The notes beneath the pieces are model-generated. The model searched no databases. It was not told the origin of the DNA and saw only the letters and a program-made list of their open reading frames with translations. A program made the translations under genes and the position numbers. Below, piece by piece: positions 1 to 9,631 of a stretch of DNA of 64,000 nt (position 1 is the first letter of the stretch; each line of letters starts with the position of its first letter). This DNA is from Planctomycetota bacterium (GTDB lineage Bacteria > Planctomycetota > UBA11346), in assembly GCA_038231435.1 (NCBI GenBank), contig JBBRLJ010000029.1, positions 1-64,000 on the forward strand, read 5' to 3'.

Positions 1-28
1 CTTCTTAAAGCCCAGCCACGACCGCTCG

Positions 29-2002
29 ATGATCGAAAATGACGGCATGCCAGAACCATCCGACCATGAGGCGGTGCTGGCGACCGACGAGAACGGGACC
101 ATCCGCGTCTGGAGCCCCGCCGCCGAACTCCTGCTCGGCTGGTCGCGCGCCGAAGCCATCGGCGCCTCAGCTTCGACATGCCTGTCGACGATACCGCGCG
201 AACCGACTACGACGCTTTCAGCGGTGACGAAGCAGGGCATCTCCGTATCTGTGCGGTGCGAAACGTGGGAACAGCGCATCGGCGCCGAAGAGCTGCGTTT
301 CCACGCCTTGACCAAAGCGGTCGATCCTGCTGCGTCCCACGCCGATAGTGATCTGCTCAATCGCATCCTCGATCATCTCCCGATCGGTGTATGGATCGCG
401 GATCGCGCCGGATCGCCCATCATCTGCAATCCCCAAGGTCGCTACTTGCTGACCCTGATCCGTGAGCAGAGCGCCGGCTCGCGCCGGGCATGGTGGTCGA
501 GATCCAGGCGTGAACTGGGCGCGTCCGACTGGCCAGTGGACAAGGCCATCGCCACTGGCGAATCAACGCATCTGGCCGAAGTATCATTCGCGCCCGCGGA
601 AGGAGGCGCAGTCACGTTGCAGTTGTCGGCGGTGCCGTTTCGTGACGAGCATGGCGAGATCATCGGGGCGATCGCCGTGGCCAGCGACATATCCCGGAAG
701 AAGGAACTCGAGGAAAGCCTCCAGCAGAGCAATGATCGGCTCGAGGCGGTGCTGGCATCCATCTCATCCATACTCATCGGCATGGACGCGAATGAACGGA
801 TCATCCTGTGGAATGCGGCGGCTACACGCACCTTCGGCGCGACGGCGGCGGTGGCGATGGGCCAGGACGCCGCCACGGCGCTCGGACGACTTGCTTGGGA
901 TCAGATCGCTGCGCGCGTTCGCCACAGCGAGGTCGCCATTCGGGTGGACGACGTCGGCCATCGTGATTCCGAAGGCCGCGAGCGCCTCCTCGCCTTCGTG
1001 GTCACGCCGATGCGCGACGGCGGAAAACCGACAGGAAGGCTGCTCTGCGGCGCCGACATCACCGATCGTCGCCACGCCGAGAACCGCCAGTGGCAGTCGC
1101 AAAAGCTCCAATCCATTGGAGAACTGGCGGCAGGTGTCGCCCACGAGATCAACACCCCGCTCCAGTTCATCACCGACAACACGCGCTTCATCCAGGATTT
1201 CCTCGGCGACCTGCTCGGCCTGATCGCGCACTACCGCCCGCTGGTCGTCTCTGCGGCGGACGCCCCGGCGTTATCCGAGATCCGAACGCTCGAAGCCAAG
1301 ACCGACCTCGATTTCGTCACCGTCGAAGGCCCGCGCGCCATCATCCAGACCCTCGAAGGGATCGAGCACGTCTCGAGCATCGTCCAAGCCCTGCGCGAGC
1401 TCTCCCATCCGGGGGACGAGATCGCCGACATGGATATCAACCGCGCTATTTCCAGCTCCGTTGCCTTGTCCCGGAACGAGTGGAAATACGTCGCGGATCT
1501 GCGGACCGATCTTGATGAGGGGCTCCCGCCCGTCTTCGGCCTGCGCGGCGGCATCAACCAGGCACTGCTGAACATCATCGTGAATGCCGCGCAGGCCATC
1601 GGCGACCGACGCGATGGAGCCAGAGGCTCGATCGTCGTATCGACCAGGCTCATCGGAGAGGCGGTCGAGGTCAGGATCAGCGACGACGGTCCGGGCATCC
1701 CCGAGCACATCCGCTCGCGGATCTACGACCCGTTCTTCACCACCAAGCCGGTCGGAAAGGGCACTGGCCAAGGGCTCGCGATCGCCCACGCGGTGATCGT
1801 CGAGAAATGCCGAGGCACGCTTAGATGCGAAAGCGAATACGGTAAAGGCACGACTTTCATCATCCATTTGCCAATCGCTCGCCCGGCCGGCGGACGCACG
1901 GCGTCCGGAGATCCGCCCCCGGGCCCGAGCCCTGGAAGCGACGCCGCAGAACCGGCTCCAGCGGGCGTTCGGCCAACTCGACAAGATCCTCGATGTGGCT
2001 GA
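29..2002 (+). CDS. Cytoplasmic multi-PAS sensor histidine kinase (NtrB-like HisKA/HATPase)
   Basis: Three PAS-like segments; H-box [16 protein letters not shown]-box NIIVNAAQA; G1 DDGPGI; F/G2 PFFTTKPVGKGTGQGL; no TM seen. Confidence 0.92.
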   Translation: MIENDGMPEPSDHEAVLATDENGTIRVWSPAAELLLGWSRAEAIGASASTCLSTIPREPTTTLSAVTKQGISVSVRCETWEQRIGAEELRFHALTKAVDPAASHADSDLLNRILDHLPIGVWIADRAGSPIICNPQGRYLLTLIREQSAGSRRAWWSRSRRELGASDWPVDKAIATGESTHLAEVSFAPAEGGAVTLQLSAVPFRDEHGEIIGAIAVASDISRKKELEESLQQSNDRLEAVLASISSILIGMDANERIILWNAAATRTFGATAAVAMGQDAATALGRLAWDQIAARVRHSEVAIRVDDVGHRDSEGRERLLAFVVTPMRDGGKPTGRLLCGADITDRRHAENRQWQSQKLQSIGELAAGVAHEINTPLQFITDNTRFIQDFLGDLLGLIAHYRPLVVSAADAPALSEIRTLEAKTDLDFVTVEGPRAIIQTLEGIEHVSSIVQALRELSHPGDEIADMDINRAISSSVALSRNEWKYVADLRTDLDEGLPPVFGLRGGINQALLNIIVNAAQAIGDRRDGARGSIVVSTRLIGEAVEVRISDDGPGIPEHIRSRIYDPFFTTKPVGKGTGQGLAIAHAVIVEKCRGTLRCESEYGKGTTFIIHLPIARPAGGRTASGDPPPGPSPGSDAAEPAPAGVRPTRQDPRCG

Positions 2003-2146
2003 AGCGCGTATATCCTGCCGGCTCAGTAAGAAGAGAACATGCGGACGTCCATAGCATCACCCGCTAGATCGCCGAGGTCACCGTCGGCCGTGGAGCAAAA
2101 GGCAGGAAACCACGGGCTCCGCCGCTAGCGCGTGCACAGTCCTTGC

Positions 2147-2995
2147 ATGGCCGAGAATGAATTGCCTGGGTTGCCCGCACGCCCGGGCTCCAGCCACAAG
2201 CACGATTTCGGCACCGTCGTGATCATGGGCGGTGGTCCGACCATGATCGGCGCCCCCTGTTTCGCCGCAGCCGGAGCGCTACGCGCGGGCGCCGGAATCG
2301 TGCGCCTCGTCGTGCCTGGCGCGATCATGTCCACTTGCCTGGGGCTGGTCCCCTCGGCAATCGGCATCGAGCTCCCCGCGGATGCCTCGGACACATTCAC
2401 GCGGACGCTGCCGCCGCGCTGCGTGCCCGCTGTCGGACCGGGCCTCGGCACCAACTCCGCCCGGGTGGCCTTGATCGAATCGCTGCTACGCTCGCCGCAC
2501 CCCTTGGTGCTCGATGCCGACGCTCTCGCCTGCCTGGCCACCCTGCGACGCGAATCGCTGCCGAGAGCGCAACCATGCGTGCTCACGCCCCACGCCGGAG
2601 AATTCGCACGGCTCGCCGAACGCTGGGGAGTCGCCACGGCTCCGGCGGATGACGCCGCGCGCCGCTCGGCCGCCGCTGCGTTGGCCGCTCGCACCGGCGC
2701 GGTGGTGGTACTCAAGGGCCATCGCACGGTCATCAGCGATGGGGCGTCGACGTGGACCAACACCACCGGCAATCCGGCCTTGGCGATTCCAGGTAGCGGC
2801 GATGTGTTGACTGGAATCATTGCCGCTTTTATCGCTCAAGGCCTGTCCTGCGTAGACGCTGCCCGCCTCGCCGTGCACGTGCATGGTGGCGCTGGCGATC
2901 TGTGGTCAGAGCGTCACGGGCCAAGCGGGTTGATGGCGATGGGGCTTGCGGACTTGCTGCCTGAAGCATGCGCGCGAATTGCGCGTCGCGACTGA
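2147..2995 (+). CDS. nnrD: ADP-dependent NAD(P)H-hydrate dehydratase (YjeF C-terminal domain only)
   Basis: Motifs HKHDFG, GPGLG, DADAL, TPHAGEF, LKG, GNPALAIPGSGDVLTG; start moved to ATG 2147. Confidence 0.9.
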   Translation: MAENELPGLPARPGSSHKHDFGTVVIMGGGPTMIGAPCFAAAGALRAGAGIVRLVVPGAIMSTCLGLVPSAIGIELPADASDTFTRTLPPRCVPAVGPGLGTNSARVALIESLLRSPHPLVLDADALACLATLRRESLPRAQPCVLTPHAGEFARLAERWGVATAPADDAARRSAAAALAARTGAVVVLKGHRTVISDGASTWTNTTGNPALAIPGSGDVLTGIIAAFIAQGLSCVDAARLAVHVHGGAGDLWSERHGPSGLMAMGLADLLPEACARIARRD

Positions 2996-3090
2996 TCAGC
3001 TAAGGATCCGTCTCGGATAGCGCCTCGTTGTCGAAGCGCACTACGCGGATGAGCCTGGATGCGCGTTCAACCCAGCGCTATCATCTGGGA

Positions 3091-4548
3091 ATGACACCAC
3101 CCGACCAGCGACCAGGACGTGACGTTGATCTGCACGAGCTCGCGAAGCGCGCCATGCGCGAACGCGATCTCGAGCCCGAATTCTCCTCCGCCGCGCTTGC
3201 GCAGGCCCAATCGAGCAAAGCCGCGAGCGATGCGACCGCCGTCGACCTGCGTCCCCTGCCCTGGTGCTCGATCGACAATGACGATTCGCGGGATCTGGAC
3301 CAGTTGACCGTGGCGGAAATCCTGCCGGGCGGTGTGACCAGGCTGCAGGTCGCGGTGGCGGATGTCGACGCGGTGGTGGCCAAGGGCTCTCCGGCCGATC
3401 TGCACGCCATGCGCAACACCACCTCGATCTACACCTCGGGCGGCGTCTTCCCGATGCTGCCCGAACGCCTGTCCACCGATGTCACTTCGCTGAACCCGGA
3501 TCAAGAGCGCATCGCCCTGGTGGTCCGCATCGATCTCGACGGCTCGGGCAAGCTGGTCGATTCTGGGATCGTGCGCGCGCGCGTCCGCAGCCAGGCGAAG
3601 CTCGCCTATCCGTCGGTGAGCACGTGGCTCGATGGCGGTCAGGCTCCTCCAGGCCTGTCTGCCGATGGGCCGGTGGCCGCCACGATCCGCCTGCAGGACC
3701 ACATCGCCGAGGGACTCGGAGAACTGCGTCAGCAGCTCGGAGCTCTCGATCTCGACACCGGCGAGACCCACGCCGTGATCCGGGATGGACGTGTCGTGGA
3801 CATGCGCATGGATGTCCAGACCCGCGCCAACCGCCTGATCGCCGAAGCCATGATCGCCGCCAATGGCGTGGTCGCGCGTTTCCTGGCCGCCAGCGGCGTC
3901 GCCTCGATCCGGCGGGTGGTGCGCCAACCCAAGCGCTGGGACCGCATTGTCGAATTGGCGAAGAGCTTCGGCACGCGCCTCCCCACGGAACCGGATGCCA
4001 TCGCCCTGGAGACCTTCTTGCGCGAGCGCCGACGCCTGGATCCCGCGCGCTTCACCGATCTGTCGTTGTCGGTGGTCAAGCTCATCGGCCGCGGTGAGTA
4101 TGTCCTCGAGCGCCCCGGGCAGGGAACCGGGCACTTCGGCCTAGCGGTGCGTGCGTACACCCATTCGACCGCTCCCAATCGCCGCTATCCAGATCTGATC
4201 GCCCATCGCCAGGTGAAGGCCGTGCTCGCGGGCCTGCCCCAGCCGTACGACGACCGCGCCCTCGCCGACCTCGCCGCGCACTGCACCGACCAGGAGGACA
4301 ACGCCACCAAGGTCGAGCGCCAGATGCGCAAATCGGCCGCCGCGCTGCTGCTCCAGCCGCGCCTAGGCGAAACCTTCGACGCCGTCGTCACCGGCGCCTC
4401 GGACAAGGGCATCTGGGTGCGCATCCTGCGCCCGCCCGTGGAAGGCAAGCTGATCCGTAGCACCCCCGGTCTCGACGTCGGCGACCGCCTCCGCGTCAAA
4501 CTCGTCAGCGCCGACGTCGAACGCGGCTTCATTGACTTTTTGCAATAG
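3091..4548 (+). CDS. RNB-domain (RNase II/R family) exoribonuclease with C-terminal S1-like domain
   Basis: SIDNDDSRDLDQ metal-binding motif, HFGLA..YTHSTAPNRRYPDLIAHR, C-terminal GFIDF; start assigned to ATG 3091. Confidence 0.9.
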   Translation: MTPPDQRPGRDVDLHELAKRAMRERDLEPEFSSAALAQAQSSKAASDATAVDLRPLPWCSIDNDDSRDLDQLTVAEILPGGVTRLQVAVADVDAVVAKGSPADLHAMRNTTSIYTSGGVFPMLPERLSTDVTSLNPDQERIALVVRIDLDGSGKLVDSGIVRARVRSQAKLAYPSVSTWLDGGQAPPGLSADGPVAATIRLQDHIAEGLGELRQQLGALDLDTGETHAVIRDGRVVDMRMDVQTRANRLIAEAMIAANGVVARFLAASGVASIRRVVRQPKRWDRIVELAKSFGTRLPTEPDAIALETFLRERRRLDPARFTDLSLSVVKLIGRGEYVLERPGQGTGHFGLAVRAYTHSTAPNRRYPDLIAHRQVKAVLAGLPQPYDDRALADLAAHCTDQEDNATKVERQMRKSAAALLLQPRLGETFDAVVTGASDKGIWVRILRPPVEGKLIRSTPGLDVGDRLRVKLVSADVERGFIDFLQ

Positions 4549-5009
4549 GGGCTCCGCCCCTACGGCCCTGTCGGGCCTACCCCACGGGCTTTGTCGGGGC
4601 TCGATTTCTACGCTTCGCTACGAAATCGTCGGCGGATCGGCTACGCCGATTGTATCCGCCGACCGCCCCTCGGCGCCCGCCCCATCGCGGAGCGACGGGG
4701 CCCCCGGTTGGATATGGCATCATGTGAAATCTGGGAACTCGGACTCCGGCTCGGGGCGAGCCGATGCAGGGAGGCGCTCTCGTGAATTGGCTTCCGTGGA
4801 CTGAGTCAGGTTTGAGAAACCCCCAGAACCACGCACCACTCAGTTCAACCGGGGGCCCCATCGCTCCGCGATGGGGCGGGCGCCGAGGGCGTTCGGCGGA
4901 TACAATGGGCGTAGCCCATCCGCCGACGATTTCGCCGGTTCTCACCGGCGAAATCGAGCCCGACAAAGCCCGAGGGGTAGGCCCGTAGGGCCGTAGGGGC
5001 GAAGCCCCT
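4547..5009. repeat. Long inverted repeat (two 164-bp arms, 4547-4710 and 4846-5009) made of nested hairpins; REP/REPIN- or MITE-like element
   Basis: The reverse complement of 4846-5009 aligns with 4547-4710 over its full length with few mismatches outside one hairpin interior; terminal GGGGC-nnn-GCCCC hairpins; lies between convergent genes. Confidence 0.9.
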
Positions 5010-5014
5010 GAATG

Positions 5015-5785
5015 CTAAAAATCCCAGCCGACCGACGCGGCGGCGAGCAGGCCTTGCGACTTCACGGTGTGCGTGCCCGCATCGATCGGGCCATGCTGCG
5101 AGGTCTTGATGCGCGAGCGCGTGCCGTCGAAACCGACCATGCCGCCAAGCAGCGGCAGATGCAGGGCGTGCAGGTACAGGCCGATGGTGGCGCCGTACTG
5201 GAAGTAGCTGCCGTGCTCACGGTAGGTCGCCGAGCCGGTCTGGGTCGCGAACAGGGCGTTTGGATTGTTGGCGTACGAGCGGTTCTCCTCGTACTTGGCG
5301 CTGATCGAGCCGACGCCGACGTAGGGAGTCAGCTCGAGGCGCAGGATGCCGATCGACCAGTACGGCCCGACCGCGAACTTCGCGCCGGTCATGCGCGCGG
5401 AGATGGTGCCCTGATCATTGGCGAGGACGTTGCCGGTGCCCGCGCCGTTGTCGGTACCCGTGTCGCTCGAGGCGGAGAACTTCGATCCCACCTGTCGGAA
5501 CACGAAGCTGGGCCCGAACACCAGGCCATACCCTTCGCCGAGCGGACCGGCCAGGTAGACGCCAGGTTCGATGTCGATGCCGGGGCGCTGCGTCTGGCTG
5601 ATCTTGACATCATGAGACGGGTCCTTGACGCCGTTGAATCGCGAATCGTCGATCTTGTCCTCGCTGAAGCCGGGCGCGATTCCCACGCTCAGCCGCAGAT
5701 CTCCGAAACTGTCCGCCACCATGGCTGACAACGGAGCGGACGCGCAGCCGGCGAGCAGGGCGAGGCTGACCACGAGATGACGCAT
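5015..5785 (-). CDS. Secreted protein, probable outer-membrane beta-barrel
   Basis: Signal peptide MRHLVVSLALLAGC..; alternating amphipathic beta-strand pattern; C-terminal VGWDF resembles a BAM beta-signal. Confidence 0.6.
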   Translation of the reverse strand: MRHLVVSLALLAGCASAPLSAMVADSFGDLRLSVGIAPGFSEDKIDDSRFNGVKDPSHDVKISQTQRPGIDIEPGVYLAGPLGEGYGLVFGPSFVFRQVGSKFSASSDTGTDNGAGTGNVLANDQGTISARMTGAKFAVGPYWSIGILRLELTPYVGVGSISAKYEENRSYANNPNALFATQTGSATYREHGSYFQYGATIGLYLHALHLPLLGGMVGFDGTRSRIKTSQHGPIDAGTHTVKSQGLLAAASVGWDF

Positions 5786-6090
5786 GGCGGAGGCTCCGAC
5801 GGAAGTGTGGTGGCGGACTCGAAACGGAGGCATGACGATCCCAGTCTGAAACCTGTGTCTGAAACTCTCTGGAAGTGACTGCGCCACAACGGGGAACAGC
5901 CCTCTTGCCACGGCCGTTCCAAGGATCAAGCAGGTTTCGCCAGTGAGGATTCCCGGTGCCCCAATGACCTCGCGGCGATCGCCCATGTCAGGGCGCGCGC
6001 TGCATCACACAAGCACCACGGCGCGCTGCGTTCGGACGGCTTACCAACAGGGGTTCCGGGGAACTACTGGGGAACACCCTGGGAGCATCC

Positions 6091-6978
6091 ATGTCCATGC
6101 CGCGCACGGTTCTGGCCCTCGCACTCGCCATCGCCCTCCTACCCCAGCTGTCCGCCGCCGAAAAGCCCAAACCGGAGAAGGCGGACAAGGGCGACAAGAA
6201 CGCCGCAGTCAAGGACGGCTACTTCCTGCAGAAGGGCGACACCGTCCTCTGCCTCGGCGACTCGAACACCGAAAACACCAAATGGATGTACCTGCTGTTC
6301 TATGGCGACCTCGCCAAGCAGTATCCCGAGCTGGTCGGCACGCCTGCCCCGCCGTACACGCACGACGCCTTCAAGGGCGGGATCACCATGGTCAATGCCG
6401 GCGTGTCCGGGGATACCGCGCCTGGTGGGCTGTCCCGGTTGCCTGCGCTGCTGACCCAGTGGAAACCCACCGTCTGCGTGGTCTGCTTCGGGATGAACGA
6501 CCGCAAGGACGCCGGGACGCGCGCGAACTTCGCCGCCAACCTGCATGGCATAGTCCAGAAGCTCAAGGAAGCGAAGGTCGAGGTGACGCTGCTGTCGCCG
6601 ACGTCCACGTATCCGATCAACGACGATCTGAAATCGTACATCGCGATCCTCGGTGAGATGAACAAGACCATCCAGCAGGTGGCCGCCGAGGAGCAGGTCG
6701 GGTACGCCGACGCGTATACCCCCTCCGCCAAGTGGATCTCCGATGGCAAACCCGACTACACCTATGGCGACGGCATCCACGTCGGTGACGCCGGTCAACG
6801 CATCATGGTCGACGCCCTGGCGCAGTGCTGGCATTTCGGACAGGCGATGGCCAAGGAAGGTACCGCCCGGCCAAAACAGGAGTTCCCCGCCAAGTCCGAC
6901 AAGCCAGCCGACAAGAGCCCGGAGAAGGGCGCCAACGCCAAGAATGTCCCCGAGAAGAAGGCCACCGACAAAAAGTAG
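6091..6978 (+). CDS. Secreted SGNH/GDSL-family esterase
   Basis: Signal peptide; blocks LGDSNT, NAGVSGDT, FGMND, DGIH. Confidence 0.9.
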   Translation: MSMPRTVLALALAIALLPQLSAAEKPKPEKADKGDKNAAVKDGYFLQKGDTVLCLGDSNTENTKWMYLLFYGDLAKQYPELVGTPAPPYTHDAFKGGITMVNAGVSGDTAPGGLSRLPALLTQWKPTVCVVCFGMNDRKDAGTRANFAANLHGIVQKLKEAKVEVTLLSPTSTYPINDDLKSYIAILGEMNKTIQQVAAEEQVGYADAYTPSAKWISDGKPDYTYGDGIHVGDAGQRIMVDALAQCWHFGQAMAKEGTARPKQEFPAKSDKPADKSPEKGANAKNVPEKKATDKK

Positions 6979-7100
6979 GGGTTTCAGGTGCGCCGCGAAG
7001 TTCATAGCGACATCGCGATGACCCCGCGTGCCTCCGACGCGGTGAGGCTCGCCCAGGCCGTTGCCGTGGCCGGCCGCTGAGGCTACGCTCGCGACGTCCC

Positions 7101-7892
7101 ATGTTCATCAGCACCGGCACCGCCGAGCACCCGCTCGGACACCGCTTCCACCGCGATTCCGGCTTCGCCTTCTGGACGCTCGCAGCCCTGCCAGAAGGGG
7201 CGGTGGACTTCGAGAGCCGGAACGCGCGCTGCCTGATCTCGTCGCCGCGGATCCTGCTGGTGCCGCCGGATACTCCTTATGCGATCGCCCACGGCGGCGA
7301 TGGCCGCGGGTGCTGGCGGGAGACCTGGGTGATCTTCGCGCCGCCCGCGCACTGGCACGATCTGCTCGCGTGGCCGTCCATGATCCCCGGGCTGATGACT
7401 TTGCCCGCTAGCGGCGGTCCGGCCGCCGCCGCTCTCGCGCAGTTCGAGGAAGTGCACCGCATCGCCAGCGGCCCCCTGCCGCATCGTGACCGCTTCGCCG
7501 AGAACGCCCTCGAACGCGGACTGCTGCTGGCCCGGCTCGCCCATCCAGATGCCGGAGCTGGCGGTCCGCTGCACGCGGGTGTGCGGGCGACGCGCGATCA
7601 CCTCGCCACCGCGCCAGCGGGGAAGATCACCATCGCGGGCCTGGCCCGGCGAGCACGCATGTCGCCATCGCTGCTGGCGCACCGCTTCACCGAGCAGATC
7701 GGCGAGACACCGATGCGCTTCCTCGAGCGCTGCCGGATCGATCGCGCCAAACGCCTGCTCATCTCCACGAACCTGCCCATCGCTGACGTCGCTGCCGAGT
7801 GCGGCTTCGACGACGCGTTCCATTTCTCCACGCGCTTCCGGCGTATGGTTGGACGGTCGCCACGCGCCTATCGTCAGGATCCCAAAGCCTGA
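7101..7892 (+). CDS. AraC-family transcriptional regulator
   Basis: C-terminal double HTH: LARRARMSPSLLAHRF...IADVAAECGFDDAFHFSTRFRRMVGRSPRAYR. Confidence 0.92.
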   Translation: MFISTGTAEHPLGHRFHRDSGFAFWTLAALPEGAVDFESRNARCLISSPRILLVPPDTPYAIAHGGDGRGCWRETWVIFAPPAHWHDLLAWPSMIPGLMTLPASGGPAAAALAQFEEVHRIASGPLPHRDRFAENALERGLLLARLAHPDAGAGGPLHAGVRATRDHLATAPAGKITIAGLARRARMSPSLLAHRFTEQIGETPMRFLERCRIDRAKRLLISTNLPIADVAAECGFDDAFHFSTRFRRMVGRSPRAYRQDPKA

Positions 7893-7937
7893 GCCCCGGC
7901 CATGGGCCCAGCCCGATGGGGGCAGCGATCAGTACGG

Positions 7938-8813
7938 TTAGACCGCGAGCGCGGCGTCCTCGAGGCGCCATGCCGGCTCGATGCCGGTGTAGCCTTCGGC
8001 CAGCCTCTGCACGTGCTCCGGAGCGGCGGCGATGAAAGCGCATGCCGATGCCGGCAGAGGCCATGGCGCCTGGATGCGGTGCGAGCGCGGACGCAGGCCG
8101 ACTCCGCACGACAAGCGCGGACCTGGGCCGGGGAACGGGTACGCCGCATGATAGGTGCGTGCGGCGAAGAGGATGAGATCGTTCGGCGCGGTGATCATCG
8201 GCAACATGCCCGGCATCTCGATCGGCGCCGAGCCGTCGGCGCGATGGAAGCTCTGGCGGTCGGCCGTCAGGACGTAGCCCGAGGGCGGCTGCCAGTCGGG
8301 GCGGTGCGAATCCGGGATCACCACCAGACCACCACGTTCCGGGCTGGAGCCATTCAGGTAGAACCACATGCCGTTAGGCCATTCGCCGCTGTTGAGCACG
8401 GCGTTGGCGCTGGTCGGCGGAGATGTCCACGCCGGCATGTCCGTATGCCATCCGCATCCGTCGGATCCCGCGGGACGCACGATTGCGGCGGAGCGGTGGA
8501 TGGTCAATTCATCGGCGCCGAGCAGCGCGCGGTATAGGCGTAGGTACCGCTCATCCGCCAGCAATCGCCAGAGCGACGGCGCGCTTTCGACGAAGGCGCT
8601 CGCCAGATGCCCCGACACCAGGCCCTCGCTGCCCGCCGCGGCGAGCACATCGCGCCGCATCTCCTCGACGAGGTCCATGCCGATCATCTCTTTGACGATG
8701 GCGAAGCCGTGGCCGGCCACGGTGGCCACGATGTCCTCGACCTCGTCTGCCGCGAAGACGTAGCGATAGCCCAGGTCAGGAGCGCAGGTGGTGTCGGAAG
8801 CAGTGGGTGGCAT
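7938..8813 (-). CDS. Phytanoyl-CoA dioxygenase (PhyH)-family Fe(II)/2OG oxygenase
   Basis: GWHTD (HxD), GGLVVIPDSH, RTYHAA distal His, RLS. Confidence 0.85.
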   Translation of the reverse strand: MPPTASDTTCAPDLGYRYVFAADEVEDIVATVAGHGFAIVKEMIGMDLVEEMRRDVLAAAGSEGLVSGHLASAFVESAPSLWRLLADERYLRLYRALLGADELTIHRSAAIVRPAGSDGCGWHTDMPAWTSPPTSANAVLNSGEWPNGMWFYLNGSSPERGGLVVIPDSHRPDWQPPSGYVLTADRQSFHRADGSAPIEMPGMLPMITAPNDLILFAARTYHAAYPFPGPGPRLSCGVGLRPRSHRIQAPWPLPASACAFIAAAPEHVQRLAEGYTGIEPAWRLEDAALAV

Positions 8814-8861
8814 GGGAGCTCCAGGGTTGCACCCCCGTCATACCACATTTCCATCCGCCTC

Positions 8862-8898
8862 CATGAGCCGGACTGCAGAAAACCTGGATATTCCTGCA
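8862..8898 (-). promoter_or_regulatory. Putative AraC-type tandem binding site upstream of the PhyH gene
   Basis: On the minus strand TGCAG-N7-CA occurs twice with 21-bp spacing, followed by TGTGGTATGAC (extended -10-like). Confidence 0.35.
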
Positions 8899-8970
8899 CG
8901 CCGGGGCGTGCCGGTACTGGTTGTCAGTCGTCGGCTTTGCGCTTTCCGCTTGTGCGTCCTCGGCTCCTGC

Positions 8971-9468
8971 TCACCTCGCGGCGGCGAGAGCCTTCGCGTA
9001 ATCGGGCTCGTTGGCCACCTCGCCGACCAGCTCCGCATGGCGGACGATGCCGTCGGCGCCGAGGACCACCACCGCACGTGCCAGCAGGCCCTGGAGCGGA
9101 CCATCACCGATCAGCACGCCGAAATCCTTGCCGAAGGAGGAACGGAAGGACGAGGCGGCGACCACCCGATCGATGCCTTCAGCGCCGCAGAAACGCGAGA
9201 GGGCGAACGGAAGATCCATCGACACACACACCACGCTGGTGCCTTGGCTCTCGGCAATGCGCTTATTGAAGGTGCGCACCGAGGTGGCGCACGTCGCCGT
9301 ATCGATGCTCGGAAAGATGTTGAGCACCACGTTCTTGCCGGCGAATTCGCTCGAAGAGAGCGGAGATAGATCGCCTTTGGCAAGCGTGAAGGCGGGTGCC
9401 TTGGCGCCCACTTTCGGCAGCTCGCCGACCGTGTTGAAGGGATTGCCTTGGAGGGTGAAGCGAGACAT
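8971..9468 (-). CDS. tpx: Thiol peroxidase (Tpx-type peroxiredoxin)
   Basis: FPSIDTATCATSVRTFN, SMDLPFALSRFCGAEGI, EVANEPDY; RBS GAGGAG before ATG 9468. Confidence 0.95.
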   Translation of the reverse strand: MSRFTLQGNPFNTVGELPKVGAKAPAFTLAKGDLSPLSSSEFAGKNVVLNIFPSIDTATCATSVRTFNKRIAESQGTSVVCVSMDLPFALSRFCGAEGIDRVVAASSFRSSFGKDFGVLIGDGPLQGLLARAVVVLGADGIVRHAELVGEVANEPDYAKALAAAR

Positions 9469-9631
9469 GGAGAGCTCCTCGATCCGATGGTAATGGCGAT
9501 GGCGATGGTTGATGGTGATTGAGATGACGAACAGATCATCCGCCACCGGGCGGCGGGCAATGGAGAAAGCGCCAGCGTTGGCGCACCTGCCGGGAGTGGC
9601 GTATGCATGATCCTTGGGTGGATGCCCCGGA

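Noticed and set aside
3265..3305. RNB motif DLDQ instead of DLDD as a sign of inactivation
   Set aside because: The Asp equivalent to the essential catalytic residue appears retained and the ORF is intact
4532..4988. Short ORFs within the inverted repeat
   Set aside because: By-products of the GC-rich palindromic sequence; no transposase motifs or clear RBS
4547..5009. CRISPR array or complete IS element
   Set aside because: Repeats are inverted rather than direct with spacers; no cas or transposase gene; no clear target-site duplication
6058..6086. GGGGAAC repeated at 11-bp spacing before the SGNH gene
   Set aside because: Short, G-rich and overlapping the RBS; too weak to call an operator
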